64,000 nt of DNA from Octopus sinensis (GCF_006345805.1 NC_043010.1:26536001-26600000); one strand, 5' to 3'. Counted from the stretch's first letter, positions 13,391 to 27,929 are shown. Made by a program: numbers and translations. Notes: generated by a model not told the origin, from the letters alone.

Positions 13391-13702
13391 TAAAGATAAT
13401 ATTCTGGAGAGTTTGTTATAAATGTAACAACTAGGTAGACATCATTGACAAGGTCCATGAAGGCTGGAACATGTCTAATATTTTCATGGATCACTGCTAA
13501 GTTAGATCCTGCTTTCTGTGTTCGCTTCACAGAAATCTGACTGGGTTGAGAGCACGTATTGGTTGACCACATAACTCATGGTCATGGAAGATGAGGAGGT
13601 ATCTCTTGGAGATGAGGATTGATGGGGGACTCTGCTCAATGAGTCACCTGGAAGGTGAATGAAGCAATGCACTGCAACAGCACATGCCCCCACCACACCT
13701 GA

Positions 13703-13762
<60 letters not shown>

Positions 13763-13842
13763 GCATATACATGTGTGCATGTGTCTGTGTGTATACATAT
13801 ATATATTAACACATATATACATGTATATATGTGTGTATGCAT

Positions 13843-14375
13843 ATACATACATACATACAACATACATACATACCTACATACATACATACATACATACAAC
13901 TACATACATACATACATACATACATACATACATACATACATACATACATACATACCTACATACATACATACTACATACATCATACATACATACATACATA
14001 CATACACATACATACATACATACATACATACATACATACATACATACATACATACATACATACATACATACATACATACATACATACATACATACTACAT
14101 ACATACATAACATACATACATACATACATCATACATACATACATACATACATACAACATACATACATACATACATACATACATACATACATACATACATA
14201 CATACATACATACATACATACATACATACAATACATACATACATACATACATACATACATACATACATACATACATACATACATACATACATACATACAT
14301 ACTACATACATACATACATACATACATACATACATACATACATAACATACATACATACATACATACATACATACA

Positions 14376-14406
<31 letters not shown>

Positions 14407-14851
14407 CATACTACATACATACATACATACATACATACATACATACATACATACATACATACACATACATACATACATACATAATACATACATACATACA
14501 TACATACATACATACATACATACATACATACTACATACATACATACATCAATACATACATACATACATACATACATACCTACATACATACATACTACATA
14601 CATACATAACTACATACATACATACATACAACATACATACATACATACATACATACTACATACATACATACAACATACATACATACATACATACATACAT
14701 ACATACATACATACATAACATACATACATACATACATACATACAATACATACATACATACATCATACATACATACATACATACATACATACATACATACA
14801 TACATACATACATACATACATACATACATACATACATACATACATACATAC
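13843..14851. repeat. ~1 kb (TACA)n microsatellite
   Basis: Visible directly, with scattered 1-nt deletions. Confidence 0.98.
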
Positions 14852-14891
14852 AGTAATAATAATGATAATCCAGGGATGGAATTTGTAAATA

Positions 14892-16271
14892 TCAGGTCAT
14901 CTTATAAGTTCTGTCTGAATTTTGAATAAAGAAAACAAGTGAGCAAATGTTATATTTAATTGAAATTTAATCATCAATGTACTTTCCCTGATTATCTATG
15001 ACTTCCTACCATCTATTTACAAGCTTTTTAATCCCATCAAAGTAAAACTCTTTTGGTTTCAAAGCAAAGAACTCTGAAATGTCAATTTTGACCTCCTGGC
15101 TTGTAAAAGGTTCTTGGGGAAAAGGTTCTTCTCTCTATTTGGTGGGATTTCAAAGGAGTAATTCACTTTGAATTGTTACCACTTAATGCAACAATCAATG
15201 CTCAAGTTTACTGTCAGCAATTAGAGCATTTGAACCAAATGATTCTGTAAACTATGAAACAAATGGTAGTCTGAAGAAGCAAGGTCGGGAGAATAAGGTG
15301 GATGAGGAATTTTTTCCCAACCAAGCTCTGCGATCTTTTGTGATGTGATCTTTGCAGTGTGGGGTCGCACATTGTCCTGATGAAACATCACTCCTTTTCA
15401 GTTCACTAAAGCGGGTCTTTTTTACTTCAAAGCTTGGTTCAAATGCTTTAATTGCTGACAGTAGACTTGAGCATTGATTGTTGCATTTGATGGTAACAAT
15501 TCAAAGTGAATTACTCCTTTGCAATCTCACCAAATAGAGAAGAAATTTTTTTCCATGAAGTTTCATTCTTGGTTGTGGTTGAGCTTTTTCCCTTTACCAA
15601 GCCACAGTTTATGACATTTAACATTTCAGTAGAAGATCCATTTTTCATCACCAGTCACAAATCTATCCAAAAAGAGTAAAATGAGTTCGTGAGAATGGAG
15701 AGAAGAGCAGATGTCAACTCGGAATTTGCGCTTGCTTTTGGACAATTCATGAGGCACTCATTTTCCAAGTTTAGGAACCATTCCAAGTTGTTGAAGATGA
15801 CGATGAACAGTTGTATGGTTTGAACTAAGCCTTATTGCCAATTCTTCAACTGATAATGCAGGATTTTCTTCAAGTAATGCCTCAAGGAGCTTATCATCAA
15901 ACTCAACTGAACATCCTGTTTGATCTTCATCTTCAAGGCTGAAATCTCCACTTCTGAATTTTGCAAGTTCTTTCATTCAAGCATTCTTTCCCATAAACTG
16001 AGTGTATGTTTTGAGTCACTTCGGCTGCAGAGTTTCCTTTTTTGTACTCATAAAGCATTATTCGCCTCAAATGCTCTTTGGATACTTCCATGTTGGAAAG
16101 GGTTTTAATCAAAGAAATTTTAATGTTATTATTCTGTAAAATAATATTTAATTAGTTTAAATGTACATGCATAAAAATAATTTTTAATTCCATTAGACAT
16201 TCTAAAATACTATTAAATTTCATTCAATTTTAAAAGAGGTAAAATCGGACAGAACCTATGGGATGACATGG
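14892..16271 (-). mobile_element. Mariner (DD34D) transposon, decayed, near full length
   Basis: Imperfect TIRs (CAGGTCATCTTATAAGTTCTGTC / GACAGAACCTATGGGATGACATG) flanked by TA. The transposase reads KFRSGDFSLED..HRHLQQLG..GK*VPHEL, a decayed WVPHEL motif. Confidence 0.88.
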
Positions 16272-17779
16272 TATTTTAATGCATTGCTATGCGTGTTTCT
16301 ACAATTCACGAGTTTCTTATGATCTAGTCCGTATTCCTGGGATGATAACAGTACAGTCTGTAGTACCCATGGACTTTGGGTAGATCATGTTCATGCATTC
16401 ATTTCTTCAGGATATAGATACACATATATACACAAAGGGCTTCAGCACAGTTTCTGTCTACAAAATTGATCCACATGAGATTGGTCAACCTCGTGGTGTA
16501 GTAGCAGACACTTGCTCTAAGTGACACACAGTGGGACTGAACCTGGAACTACATTTGTTGCAAAGCAAACCTTGTAATTACACAGCCAGGTCTGTGCTGT
16601 TTGGCATTTCTGTGATTCAGTGCATGTTTTTAAGGGGAATTTTTTGAAAAAAAAAACATCAATGTTTTGGGATAAAATAATTACATCCTTAGATTTGTAT
16701 TTTCTCCTCCTCCTCCTCCTCCCCATCGGACTCTCATAAATAAAAAAAGAAAGAAAATCGATAAAAAACAAACAAACAAAAGCAATGATGATTATAGGTA
16801 ACACAGACAGAAAAAGAGAAAGAGAGAGAGAGTGAGAGAGATGTATGTCAGGGAAAGTTGGCATCAAAATGATGATGATGATGACGAAAATGATATATTT
16901 ATGCATGCTTGTGTGTGTGTGTAATATATAATATAATATATATATGTATATATACGCATACATACATGCACACACACACATATATATACACATGTACGTA
17001 TATATGTATGTATATATATATATATATATATACATACACACACACACACACATATATACATATGTATATTTACACATTTATATATGCATATGTATATATG
17101 ATATATATATATTTATATGTGTGTGTGTATGTATATGTATACATTATACACACACACACACAACACACACACACACATATGCACACATATGCATACATAT
17201 ATGTACATATATATATATATATGTCTAGGCAATCAGACAAACAGACAGACAGATAGATTGATAAATAGATTGATAGATAGACAGACAGATGGATATGAAC
17301 GGAGCCAAAGAAAGAAAGAGAGAAAGGCTAGAACTATTAATAGTATAGATGTCAATTCCTATTTGGTTACCAAATCATGGTGGAACTATGGTAAGATAAA
17401 CACCTATTTAGGAAATCTATCGGAATTTCAGCAAAGAATCTGTTTTGGATTGGACAGCCAGTGATGTCTTCCTTTGAATGCTTGTGCAAGGGTAATATAT
17501 CATCCCACACACACAGCCGTAGGTGGTATATTAATAATCTACGCAGAACCAAAGTAATAATGAATGCTAACGGGAGCTCTCATAACAAAGTATCGTATGT
17601 TAAACGGTTTGCATTCTGTAATTGTATATTAACCCTTTTGATGCAGATGCTGCTTTTGATGCAGATGCTGCTTCCATCCATTCTGAGACTGCCCTTGGTT
17701 TTATGATACAAACTTCCTGTTGTTGTAAAGGGATCTGAATAAAAACCTTTGATGGAAATTGCATCCTTTATCTTTTGTC

Positions 17780-18024
17780 TTTAATCTTCTACTCGTTTCA
17801 GCCGTTAGACTGTGGCCATGCTGGGGCTTCACTTTGAAGAACTTTTAGTCAAATGTATTGACCCCAGTATATGGTCCCTTTTTTTTGTTAAAACCTGGTG
17901 CTTATTCTATCAGACACGTTTTGCCAAACTGCTAAGTTACTGGTTGTAAACACACCAACACTGCTTGTCAAGTGGTAATGGGTGACAAACAGATAATTAC
18001 ACACACATACAGAAACATACACAC

Positions 18025-18079
<55 letters not shown>

Positions 18080-18640
18080 TGCTCGTACACACATATGGTG
18101 GGCTTCTTTCAGTTTTCATCTACCAAATTCACTCACAAAGCAGTGGTATGTCCAAGGCTATAGTAGGAAATACTTGCCCAAGGTTCCAAACAATGGGACC
18201 AAACCCAGAACCATGTGGTTGGGAAGCAAGCTTCTTACCACACAGCCTCATCTATGCCTGCATTCTTTCTTTTATTCTTGTATTAGCTTTAGTCATTTGA
18301 CTGCAGCCAAGCTTGAGCACGACCTTTAGTCGAACAAGTCGACCCCAGGACTTATTCTTTGTAAGCCTAGTACTTATTTTATCAGTTTATGGGACATAAA
18401 CTCACCAACATCAGTTGTCAAACGATGGTGGTGGGGGGACAAACACAGACACACAAACACACACACACACACACATTCATATATAACAGTCTTCTTTCAG
18501 TTTCTGTTTACCAAATCCATTCACAAGGCTTTGGTCAGCCCAAGGTTATAGGAGAAGACACCTGCCCAAGGTGCCACACAGTGGGACTGAACCCAGAATC
18601 ATGTGGTTGGTAAGCAAGCTACTTTCCACCCAGTCATGCC
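17780..18640 (-). mobile_element. Two tandem SINE family A copies
   Basis: Reverse complements of the 13000-13390 / 47690-48082 consensus, each with an internal (CA)n. Confidence 0.8.
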
Positions 18641-18896
18641 TTTTGCAAACATCAGCTTAACTCTTTTGTTGTCATATTTCTGTCGGAATAAATGGATTTT
18701 GTTTCAGTTAATTTTGAAAATTTTGAAGAATTTAGTAAAATAACTTTGTTATTATTAAGCTGATGTTTGGAACATAAATAAACATGAGTTTTTGATGGAA
18801 GATATTTTTGAATTTAGATCACTTTAAAATGGAATATTTTTATCATAGAACCAGGAGCAGTCTCAGGTAGTTTGGTATCAAAAGGGTTGATATCAT

Positions 18897-19349
18897 TGAA
18901 GTTAGAAAATTACTATTTTTAAATCTCACAACGTGAGATATTCAGCAAAAGTACTTTCTAGTAAAGATTGTTTGCCAACATAACATGGCAGTCCTGGTTT
19001 AGGACGAATGTTGCTGTAATTTAGCCCCAGGAGACATCGTCTCCCGCTGGCTATGCAACACGATCTGTGTCCTTATATTTTTGAACAAGGGAATCTAGTA
19101 CCCCCACTCAGCCCAAAACAATATCTGTGTATCGCGATTTCTGGGTTATTTCCTTTCATCAGCACAGAAATCGCGGTACACAGATATTGTTTTGGGCTGA
19201 GTGGGGGTGCTAGATTCCCTTGTTTGAAAATATAAGGACACAGATCGTGTTGTATAGCCAGCGGGAGACGATGTCTCCTGGGGCTAAATTACAGCAACAT
19301 TCGTCCTAAACCAGGACTGCCATGTTATGTTGGCAAACAATCTTTACTA
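18897..19349 (-). mobile_element. Retrozyme-like non-coding element forming a 391-bp near-perfect palindrome
   Basis: Arms 18959-19143 and 19165-19349 with a 21-nt loop and an HHR at the apex. Homologous to the 61.2-61.7 kb unit. Confidence 0.75.
19124..19168 (-). ncRNA. Minimal type-I hammerhead ribozyme
   Basis: Minus strand: TCTGTG-CTGATGA-AAGGAAATAACCCA-GAAA-TCGCGA-TA-CACAGA. Stem I is 6 bp, stem III is palindromic, stem II is weak (GG/CC). Confidence 0.7.
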
Positions 19350-20299
19350 CAACGATGGAGTTATTTTACTAAATTCTTCATTATTTAAAAAATTACTTGA
19401 AACACAGGTAGAGTATTTTAACAGAAATATGATAACAAAAGGGTTAATAACGATGAAGTTATTTGCTAAACTTTTTCATTATTTATAAAATTAAATGAAA
19501 CAAAAGTGGTTTTTTCCCAACAGGAATATGGCAGGAAAAATACTATTCTACTAAATTCTTTCTTATAAATTGAAACAAAGGCAGTGTATTTCAACAGAAA
19601 TACAGTAACAAACGGGTTAACTCATTCGCAAGCAAACAAGATATATTAACTCGCTTACGGCCATTGAAATAGCATCATGGGAGAGCATAGCATTGAACCG
19701 TTTATCCTAGAAACCTGCTGTGAAGTGGGTAGAGATGGAAAAAAGATATGGAAGATAACTGGAATTAGCCTTAAGCACTCCAAACAAGACAAAGGTAGAA
19801 TGTATCGATTCCATACAATGACTCAGTTTTTTTCATTGGTACTGATTACAATAATATGGATTACTTCTCTCAAATAGACCGACGCCATTATTGCATCATG
19901 TGCCAGCATAAGGAGGTGGGAGGGTGAAGACAAATAGAGTAAAGAAGAAATTTCCTCCGACTTCTGAGGTACTTAGTGACCAACACTGCTGATAAATCCA
20001 TGTAGATAGTAACATTAACTCTCGTACGAGCTAACAAGGATTGTCTGTTAATATATCCTTAAGAATTTAAACATGTTTTCTTTTGTTTCAATTTAAAAAT
20101 CTTAATTGCTTTGTCAGAGGAAAGAAAACATGGCATCCATAGCTTCCTGCAGAACCTCCAAGACTGGGTGGGGGAGGTTGGGAGTGGCAGGGAAGAGATG
20201 AGGAAGTTATGACTCATGGGATATGGAATACACCTGATCTGACTGCTTGCAATTGAGAAGACTACTAAAGGTACCTTAAGGCTAGGAGGCAAGGTGGGT

Positions 20300-20610
20300 G
20301 TGTGATGATAGTGGTGGTGGTGGTGGTGGTTGTGGTGGTGGTGATTGTAGTGTTGGTGATGGAGCCTGTGATAAAGATGGCAGCAGTAGCAGTGGCGGTG
20401 GTGGCAGTGGTGATGATGTTTGTGGTAGTGGTAGTAGTAGTAGTGGTGGTAGTGGTAGTGGTGGCTGTGCTAGTGATGTTGGCATTGAGGTTGGCAGTGG
20501 TGATGGTTTTTTTTAGATGGTGGGGGCAGTAATGGCAGTAGTGCTGACGATAGTGATGGTAGTTGTGGCAGTGGTGGTGGTGGTGGTGGTGGTGACTGTA
20601 GCAGTGGTGG
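20300..20610. repeat. (GGT/GAT/AGT)n degenerate trinucleotide repeat
   Basis: Visible directly. Confidence 0.9.
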
Positions 20611-21319
20611 TTTTGTTTACAAGGGAGTTAAAATCTGCTGCACTACAACTGACACAGTTTGTCTGATGGGCTTCTATACAGTTTCTGTCTCCCCTAATTT
20701 CATCCACAAGGCTTGAGTGTCCCCAAGGTTCAGGTGGAAGATACTTGCCCGAATATTTTGCGCATTCCAGATCAAATCTGGACTCCTGAACCTGCAACAT
20801 AAACATCATAAAAACATGGCCATGTTTATTCCTGAAATTGTATACACGGGATGGTATATGTACAATATATGTGATAGTGTGTATGTGTATGTATGTCCCT
20901 TTTTTTGTATCACCTAAATGTTTGGATGTTTTGCGTTCTTGTCCCATTTTGTATGTATATATATATATAGCAGTGTACGTACACTTTGGTTTCTTGTATG
21001 TAAGTATATATTTATGTAAATCTTGTATGACTCTATTCTTTCTTTCTATCAGCCCTTTCACGCTTATTCGTTCATTTCGCTATTTGTTCTTTCATTCCCC
21101 CTCTCACATTTCCCTGCCTTCTCTTCATGCTCACTTACCCTCCTCTTTTCACTTCACTTTTTCTTGCCCCTCCTTATTTCTTCTGTCCCTCTGCCTCTAC
21201 CTCTCTCTCTTCTCTCCCCATGTGACCGGTGTTCGGCCAATCCTGATCTTTCTTTCTTGGTTCAGCCGTTGACCATGCAACATCTATATTCCTCCCAGTG
21301 GCTGTGAAATTTTGTATCC

Positions 21320-22077
21320 CTGCCATAAGGCTTTATTTCCTCCAAACATATAACAACACCTTATGTAGGTGAAGACTTTCTTTAGCCTAGGGTGCCAGTA
21401 TTTCTCCTTTCCCTATCCACTGTCTTCGGCACTTGACATTTTTATAGAGAACTAGTCACTATTCCATCCAAAAAAGGTTCATTCATGAGATGTGACTGCA
21501 AAGAAGAACACTTTCACTCTCTGTGTTTGATTAGACTTGAGAAGTTTGTGAGGAACCCATTGACCCAATTTACTGACTTTTCCAATGGCACACAAGTGCC
21601 AATGAATAGTTGAATGACCAAATCCAAGCTTCTCTGCTAGTTCCTCAACAGTTGTGTTGGGATTTCGTTCCAGCAGGGTTTGCAGAATGTCCTCGTTGAG
21701 CTCTATAGATCTTCCAGGATGAGACTTGTTTTCTAGGCTGTAGGTTCTGGCTCAGAATTTCTGGAACCACCGTTGACACTGGTTTATGCTTATTGTTCGA
21801 TCCCCATATACACAAATTCATATTTCTCACACTTTCCATTGCATTGTTGCCTTTATTGAACTCATAAAGCAAAATATGCCGAATATGCTCCTTTGTCACT
21901 TCCATTATAGCTTTGAAAAAATAACTGCTAAAATCGAACTGCACTCTTCAAAACTTGCACTAAGAATAAGTAGAAGGTAAAATTACAACCTGCTTTTATA
22001 GCCAGTTGATGCAGGTAGGTTATCCTGTCTCTCTCTGACATTTGAAAAAACTGCATTATTTATAGGATGACCCAATA
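21320..22077 (-). mobile_element. Mariner transposase 5' remnant
   Basis: Reads MEVTKEHIRHILLYEFNKG..QRWFQKF..TVEELAEKLG across frameshifts, with a TIR-like end at ~22050-22077. Confidence 0.82.
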
Positions 22078-22407
22078 CAAAAGCACATGACCTAGTGGTT
22101 CAGCATTTTGCACTCTCAATTGTGAGATCATGGTTTTGATTCCCAGACCAATTGCACATTGTGTTCTTGAGCAAGACACTTCATTTCACATTGCTCCTGT
22201 CTACTCAGCTGTAAATGAGTAACCCTCGGAAAAAATAGCCTTCTGACCAGGAAGAGGTAGGGGATGTAGGCCTGCTCACCCAGCCAGCAGGGTGGCATTG
22301 TGCAAAAGCTAAAATGACACAAAGTGCATTGTGACCAGTGATGTATAACATGGTTAATCTACTCAATCATATAACATTTGTATACACGCACACACACATA
22401 CACACAC

Positions 22408-22461
<54 letters not shown>

Positions 22462-22795
22462 AGAGTTTATGAAAAAAGAAAAGATGAAGACAGGTGGTGT
22501 ACAAAACAAACAGATGTATTAGTATAACGCTCAGGAATAGAAAAAGTTTTTTACGTTTTGAGCCTACACTCTTCTACAGAAATATATATATATATATATA
22601 TTCTTTTATTCTATTACTTATTTCAGTCATTTGACTGCACCTTTAGTAGAACAGATCGACCCCAAGACATATTCTTTGTAAGCCTAGTACTTATTCTATC
22701 GGCCTCTTTTGCCAACCTATTAAGTTAGTGGGACATAAACACACCACCATCAGTTGTCAAGCAATGATGGGGACACACACAAATACACACACACA

Positions 22796-22854
<59 letters not shown>

Positions 22855-22959
22855 CACAAATGACGGGCTTCTTTCAGTTTCTTTCAAGGCTATAGTAGAA
22901 GACACTTGCCCAAGATGCCACACAGAGGGACTGAACCCAGAACCATGTGGTTGAGAAGC

Positions 22960-22992
<33 letters not shown>

Positions 22993-25549
22993 ATGACATA
23001 TATCTAATTATATATATGTGGTGGTATGTATACAATGGTAAATATACAACAATATATATATACATATTTACATATGCATATGTGATGGCATATATATGTG
23101 ACAGTGTACATGTTTCTTATTTTCAGCCAAAGCTGATTTATAACCTGCACATATACCAACCAACACATGATTCAGAGTACTATAAACTGCAGCATACAAA
23201 CCGACCTGGCATGTCTCAAGATTTTTAGCTCCAAATTCTTAGTCAGGCACATTCAACAAGTCATCACTGATAAACATACAACAGGCTACTGGTAGGCCAA
23301 AATGTAGACCTAAATAAGCCTAGATTTTGGGGATTTTAAATGAAAGACTATAAGGTCACACCACTTATTTTGACATTCTGTGTTAATATGCTAATAAGAT
23401 AAATATGTTCACCAAACACAAGTGTTGGTTGGAAATATTTGTGGCCACTACAGCAAATAATGTTCAGTGATTATTAAGATCTGCTTAATTACTTGATGTT
23501 AAAGGTTTGCATTTTATCCTCCTAGATTTGCAATGATATTTTGCAGGCTTAAAAAGTTGGCTTGTAACACTTTGGTCTTTCACTCGTTTCAGTCGCTTGA
23601 CTGTGGCCATGCTGCAACATTGACTTGCTTTGAAGAGTTTAGGGGAACAGATTGACTCCAGTTCTTATTTCAAAATCTAGTATTTATTCTATGGGCCTGT
23701 CTTTTTGACAGAACTGCTAAGTTTATGGGGATGTAAACAAATCAACATTGGTTGTTGAGTGGTGGTGTGGACAAACACAAATAACAGATACACACAACAG
23801 CATACATGCATGAATACATACACACATACATACATACATACATACATACATACATACATACATACATACATACATACATACATACATACATACATACATA
23901 CATACATACATACATACACATACATTCATACATGTATGTATACAAACCTATATATGTGAGAGTCATTTTACTCCCATTATAAGCCCCTGGGCCAATCAGT
24001 GCAGTGTACCCTATAGTATTTCATATTGGCAGCATGCCCCAACATAGGTCAGAATTGGACCCCTAGACTCTTGAGGTCCCTGAGAAACTGCCCAGTGTGC
24101 CTTACATACATACAGAGATAGATAAGATAGATAGGTAGATAGATAGATGGATAGATATAATGGCCTTCTACACAGTTTCTGTCTACAAAATTCCCTCACA
24201 AGGCATTAGTCAGCCCAGGGTTATAGAGTAGAAAACACTTGCTCCAGGGACAGTATAGTGTGGTTGAACCTGAAAGCCCATGATTGCAAAGCAAACTTCT
24301 TAACCACACAGCCATTGTCTGCACCTCTATCAGTATAAACAGGATTGAATTCATATTGTTCTTCATCAATTTTGTTTAGCGTTTTCATTAAATTTCTTTA
24401 AATATTTCTTATTAAAAAGCATTAATGATAGAAAATAGTGAAAGAATTATTGTTTTTAAATCAAGAAACTTTTTTATTAATTATATGTTTTTAAATGTTA
24501 TTTTAGAAATTTAAATGATGGGAGTTGATGAATTATCAATGATTCCAAGAAGAAGTCAATGATATATGAAGTTTACTGATTCCTTGTCTAGAACTTAACA
24601 TTGCTGAATACAAACTTCTGTCTTTAAGACATCAGTGATTTATTATTTGATGGAGTTTTGTCTGTTATTTGTTGCAGGGGTTCTCAACCAGGGGCCATGT
24701 GACTTTTAAGGGCTCATATAAGATTCTGTCTTTAAAATCTTTGTGCAATAAATTTGTTATACTTGTACAGTACACAGAATATGTTAACAACTTTGGTCAT
24801 ACAATTCCTAATGATACTTAATTATAAAATTGTAATAAGAGGATTTTAAAAATATCAAATGGTGATGAGAGTCCCTCTGTGAATCAAAGGGGTTCACAGG
24901 TAAAAACTGGTTGAGAGCTGCTGTAATAGAAGTTCTCTGTTTTTAGCTTGGAATATATTGAAACTGAATCAATCAAACCTGAATCAATCAATCAAAAGAA
25001 AAAGAAAAATACTAATAAAAAATGGTTTGGTCTTACACTGAATGAAAAAGGAAAAAAAACGAAAAAAAAAGACTATTTGATATCTTCCCTGTTATTATTG
25101 CTATTTGCTATTCTCAGGAAATACTGTTGGAAGCTGGAACCTTCCCCTTCCCCCACCCACAATCCTCACCTACCACCTCTGCTGCTGCCACTGCTGCTGC
25201 TGCTACTGCCGCCCACTTTTGGTGCTTGGAAACCTTCACGAGAGCATTATTAAATTAATGTGGATTTATATAAGTCTCAGACAGGCAGGACTGAGAAATT
25301 AATAATAGAAATAGATATAGTCTTGATGGCATGACAAATAATGGTGTGAATCATACACACATTCGTACATGCACATACCTGCACACACACACATGCACAC
25401 ACATGTGCATGCATATGGAAGCTGGATGAATGCACGTACATGCAAACACATGCACAGGTATGCATACGTGCATACACACACATACCCACTACAAGCAAGA
25501 AGGAACGCTGAAGAGAACGGAAATAACAACCGAAAAATAGATAAATACT

Positions 25550-25912
25550 GATAGTGATAATGATGATGATGATGAGGAGGGGAAGGAGATGATGATGATG
25601 ATGACGACGGCAATGATGAGAAAGAGGGGAGGGGAGGGGACAACGACAATGAAAACAGTGACGATAACTATGGCAACAACGATGAGGAGTAGGAGGAGGT
25701 GGTGGTGGAGGTTGGTAATGATGATGATGCAGATGATGATGATGATGAGAATGAGGACAGGACAAGAATGGTAATGATGATGAGGAGGAGGTGAAGCAGA
25801 AGGAGGAGGTGGAGGTTGGTGATGATGATGCAGATAATGATGATGAGAATGAGGACAGCGACAAGGATGGTGATGATGACGATGAAGATGATGATGATGA
25901 TGATGATGATGC
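25550..25912. repeat. (GAT/GAG)n low-complexity repeat
   Basis: Visible directly. Confidence 0.9.
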
Positions 25913-26815
25913 TTCTTAATTTGCATCCAATCCTGCAAACCTATGCTCAGATGGTATTCATTTTATCAACCATGAAAGAAGGGACGGCAAAACAGACTTT
26001 GACAATATTTGAACTTTGAACATAAATCACCAGAAGAAAAGACACTGAGCGTTTTGCCTGATACTCTAATAATGATCTTGTCAATACAAATAATAGCAAT
26101 ATTAATGATAATGATTAAGAACCTTTCTACAATTGGCCTCAGTATGTAACTGACCCTGAAAGGATTACAGGCAAAGTTGACCCAGGGGAATTTGAACTCA
26201 GAGCGCAAACCATAAAAGGCAGATGAAACACTGCTAAGCATTTTGCTTGGAATGCTAACGGTCCTGTCAGCTTGCCGTCTTAAACAGTAGCAATAATAAC
26301 AGCAACAAGAGCAACAAAAGCTGCAACATCGGCTCATTGTTTCAAAAGCAATAAGCAACAGGAGTTAATTATAACAATGGAAGCAATTAACAAATAAATG
26401 GAGATAAGCGAAAAACCAAAGTATAAATGGTGGCAGCGCAAGTGGTGGTGGTGGTGGTTGGGGGTGGGGGTGAGGGAAATCACTAGAACACACACACACA
26501 AATACACATAAATATTCATCAAATTCATCATCATCATTTTAACATCTACTTTTGCAGACTTGCATGGGTGGAGACAGGACAATATTGGCGCCAAATTTTC
26601 AACATCCAAATTATATATACATACATACATATGTATGTCTATCTATCTATACATACATAAATACATATATACATACATATATACATACATATGTATATCT
26701 ATTTATCTATCTGTCTAAACATACATACATACATAGGTATGTATGTATATCTCTCTATCTATCTATTTGTGTGTCTGTCTATTGCAGGCATATAAGTAAC
26801 TTATTTATTATTAAA

Positions 26816-27890
26816 TAACACAGCCTCCAAAACACAGCCTCTATCTCTGATTCCCAACACGGCTTCGTGCCGAAGAGATCATGCTTGACCAACTTACTGG
26901 TAATGGAAGAATTGGTGATGCATACCCTGGATGATGGTGATGCTGTTGACATTGTTTTATAGGACTTTTCCAAAGCTTTTGACTCAGTTAACTACTGCCT
27001 ATTACTTGTCAAGCTTCAAGCATATAGTTTCCATCCGGATATTTTGTACGATGGGTTGGTGCCTTCCTCTCAGATCGCTCCTTCCAAGTCTAAGTTAATG
27101 GTTCACTGTCCGACGTCTCCAGTTCGAGCAGTGGCATGCTTCAAGGTTCAGTGCTTGGGCCCTTATTGTTTTTAGTCTTCATAAATGACTTGCCTGACGA
27201 CCTCACGCAACACACCCTTCTATTTGCCGATGATGTCAAACTGGTCGCTCCTCGCACTGATATAGATGATCTTCATCGATGCCTCCACCAAGTTTGGAGA
27301 TGGCCTAACGAATGAGACCTGTGTCTGAACGTGTCAAAGTACTGTCATCTGCCTGTTGGCTCCTCTCCTGCAACTCAACTTGATTTCGAGCCGGGTCGTC
27401 TGCTGCTGGAGAGGACCGACCAGGTAAAGGACCTGGGTATTTTGGTGGATTCTTTCTTTTCGCTTTCAGCCCAGTGCGTCCATGCTGCCAACAAAGCACG
27501 CGGAGTTCTGTTTTTGATTCGACGGTCATTCAGAATGCTCACAGCAGCCATATTCCTATTGCTCTATGTCACGCTGGTGAGACCCATATTGGAGTATGGG
27601 ATTCAGGCCTCTTCTCCTTATCTCCTCAAAGACATACATCATCTTGAAAGAGTCCAGAAGCTGGCTACCCGCATGGTTCTTGGTCTCAAGCATTTGTCTT
27701 ATGAAGAAAGGCTGAAGACGCTCGACCTTTATTCTCTTAAGAAACACCGCTGCCGTGGTGATCTCATTCTCGCTCACAACATCATAAGCGCAAAGTGTAA
27801 CCTCTCGAAAGAGCTGTTCTTCACTCCTGCTCCAGACCATTGGCTGTGGGGTCACTCTGAAAAGCTCTATCTGCGACGATTTCATCTCAA
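26816..27890 (+). mobile_element. CR1-clade LINE RT fragment
   Basis: Motifs QHGFVPKRSCLTNLL, DFSKAFDSV, QGSVLGPLLF, LFADDVK, KDLGILVD, YVTLVRPILEY and LERVQKLATRM, with stops and frameshifts. Confidence 0.9.
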
Positions 27891-27929
27891 TATATATATA
27901 TATGTGTTAAAAATAGTTTACGTAGTAAG

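Noticed and set aside
13659-14849. HTYI/MYVC repeat ORFs and apparently patterned interruptions
   Set aside because: Pure (TACA)n. The interruptions are irregular 1-nt deletions, consistent with slippage or long-read error.
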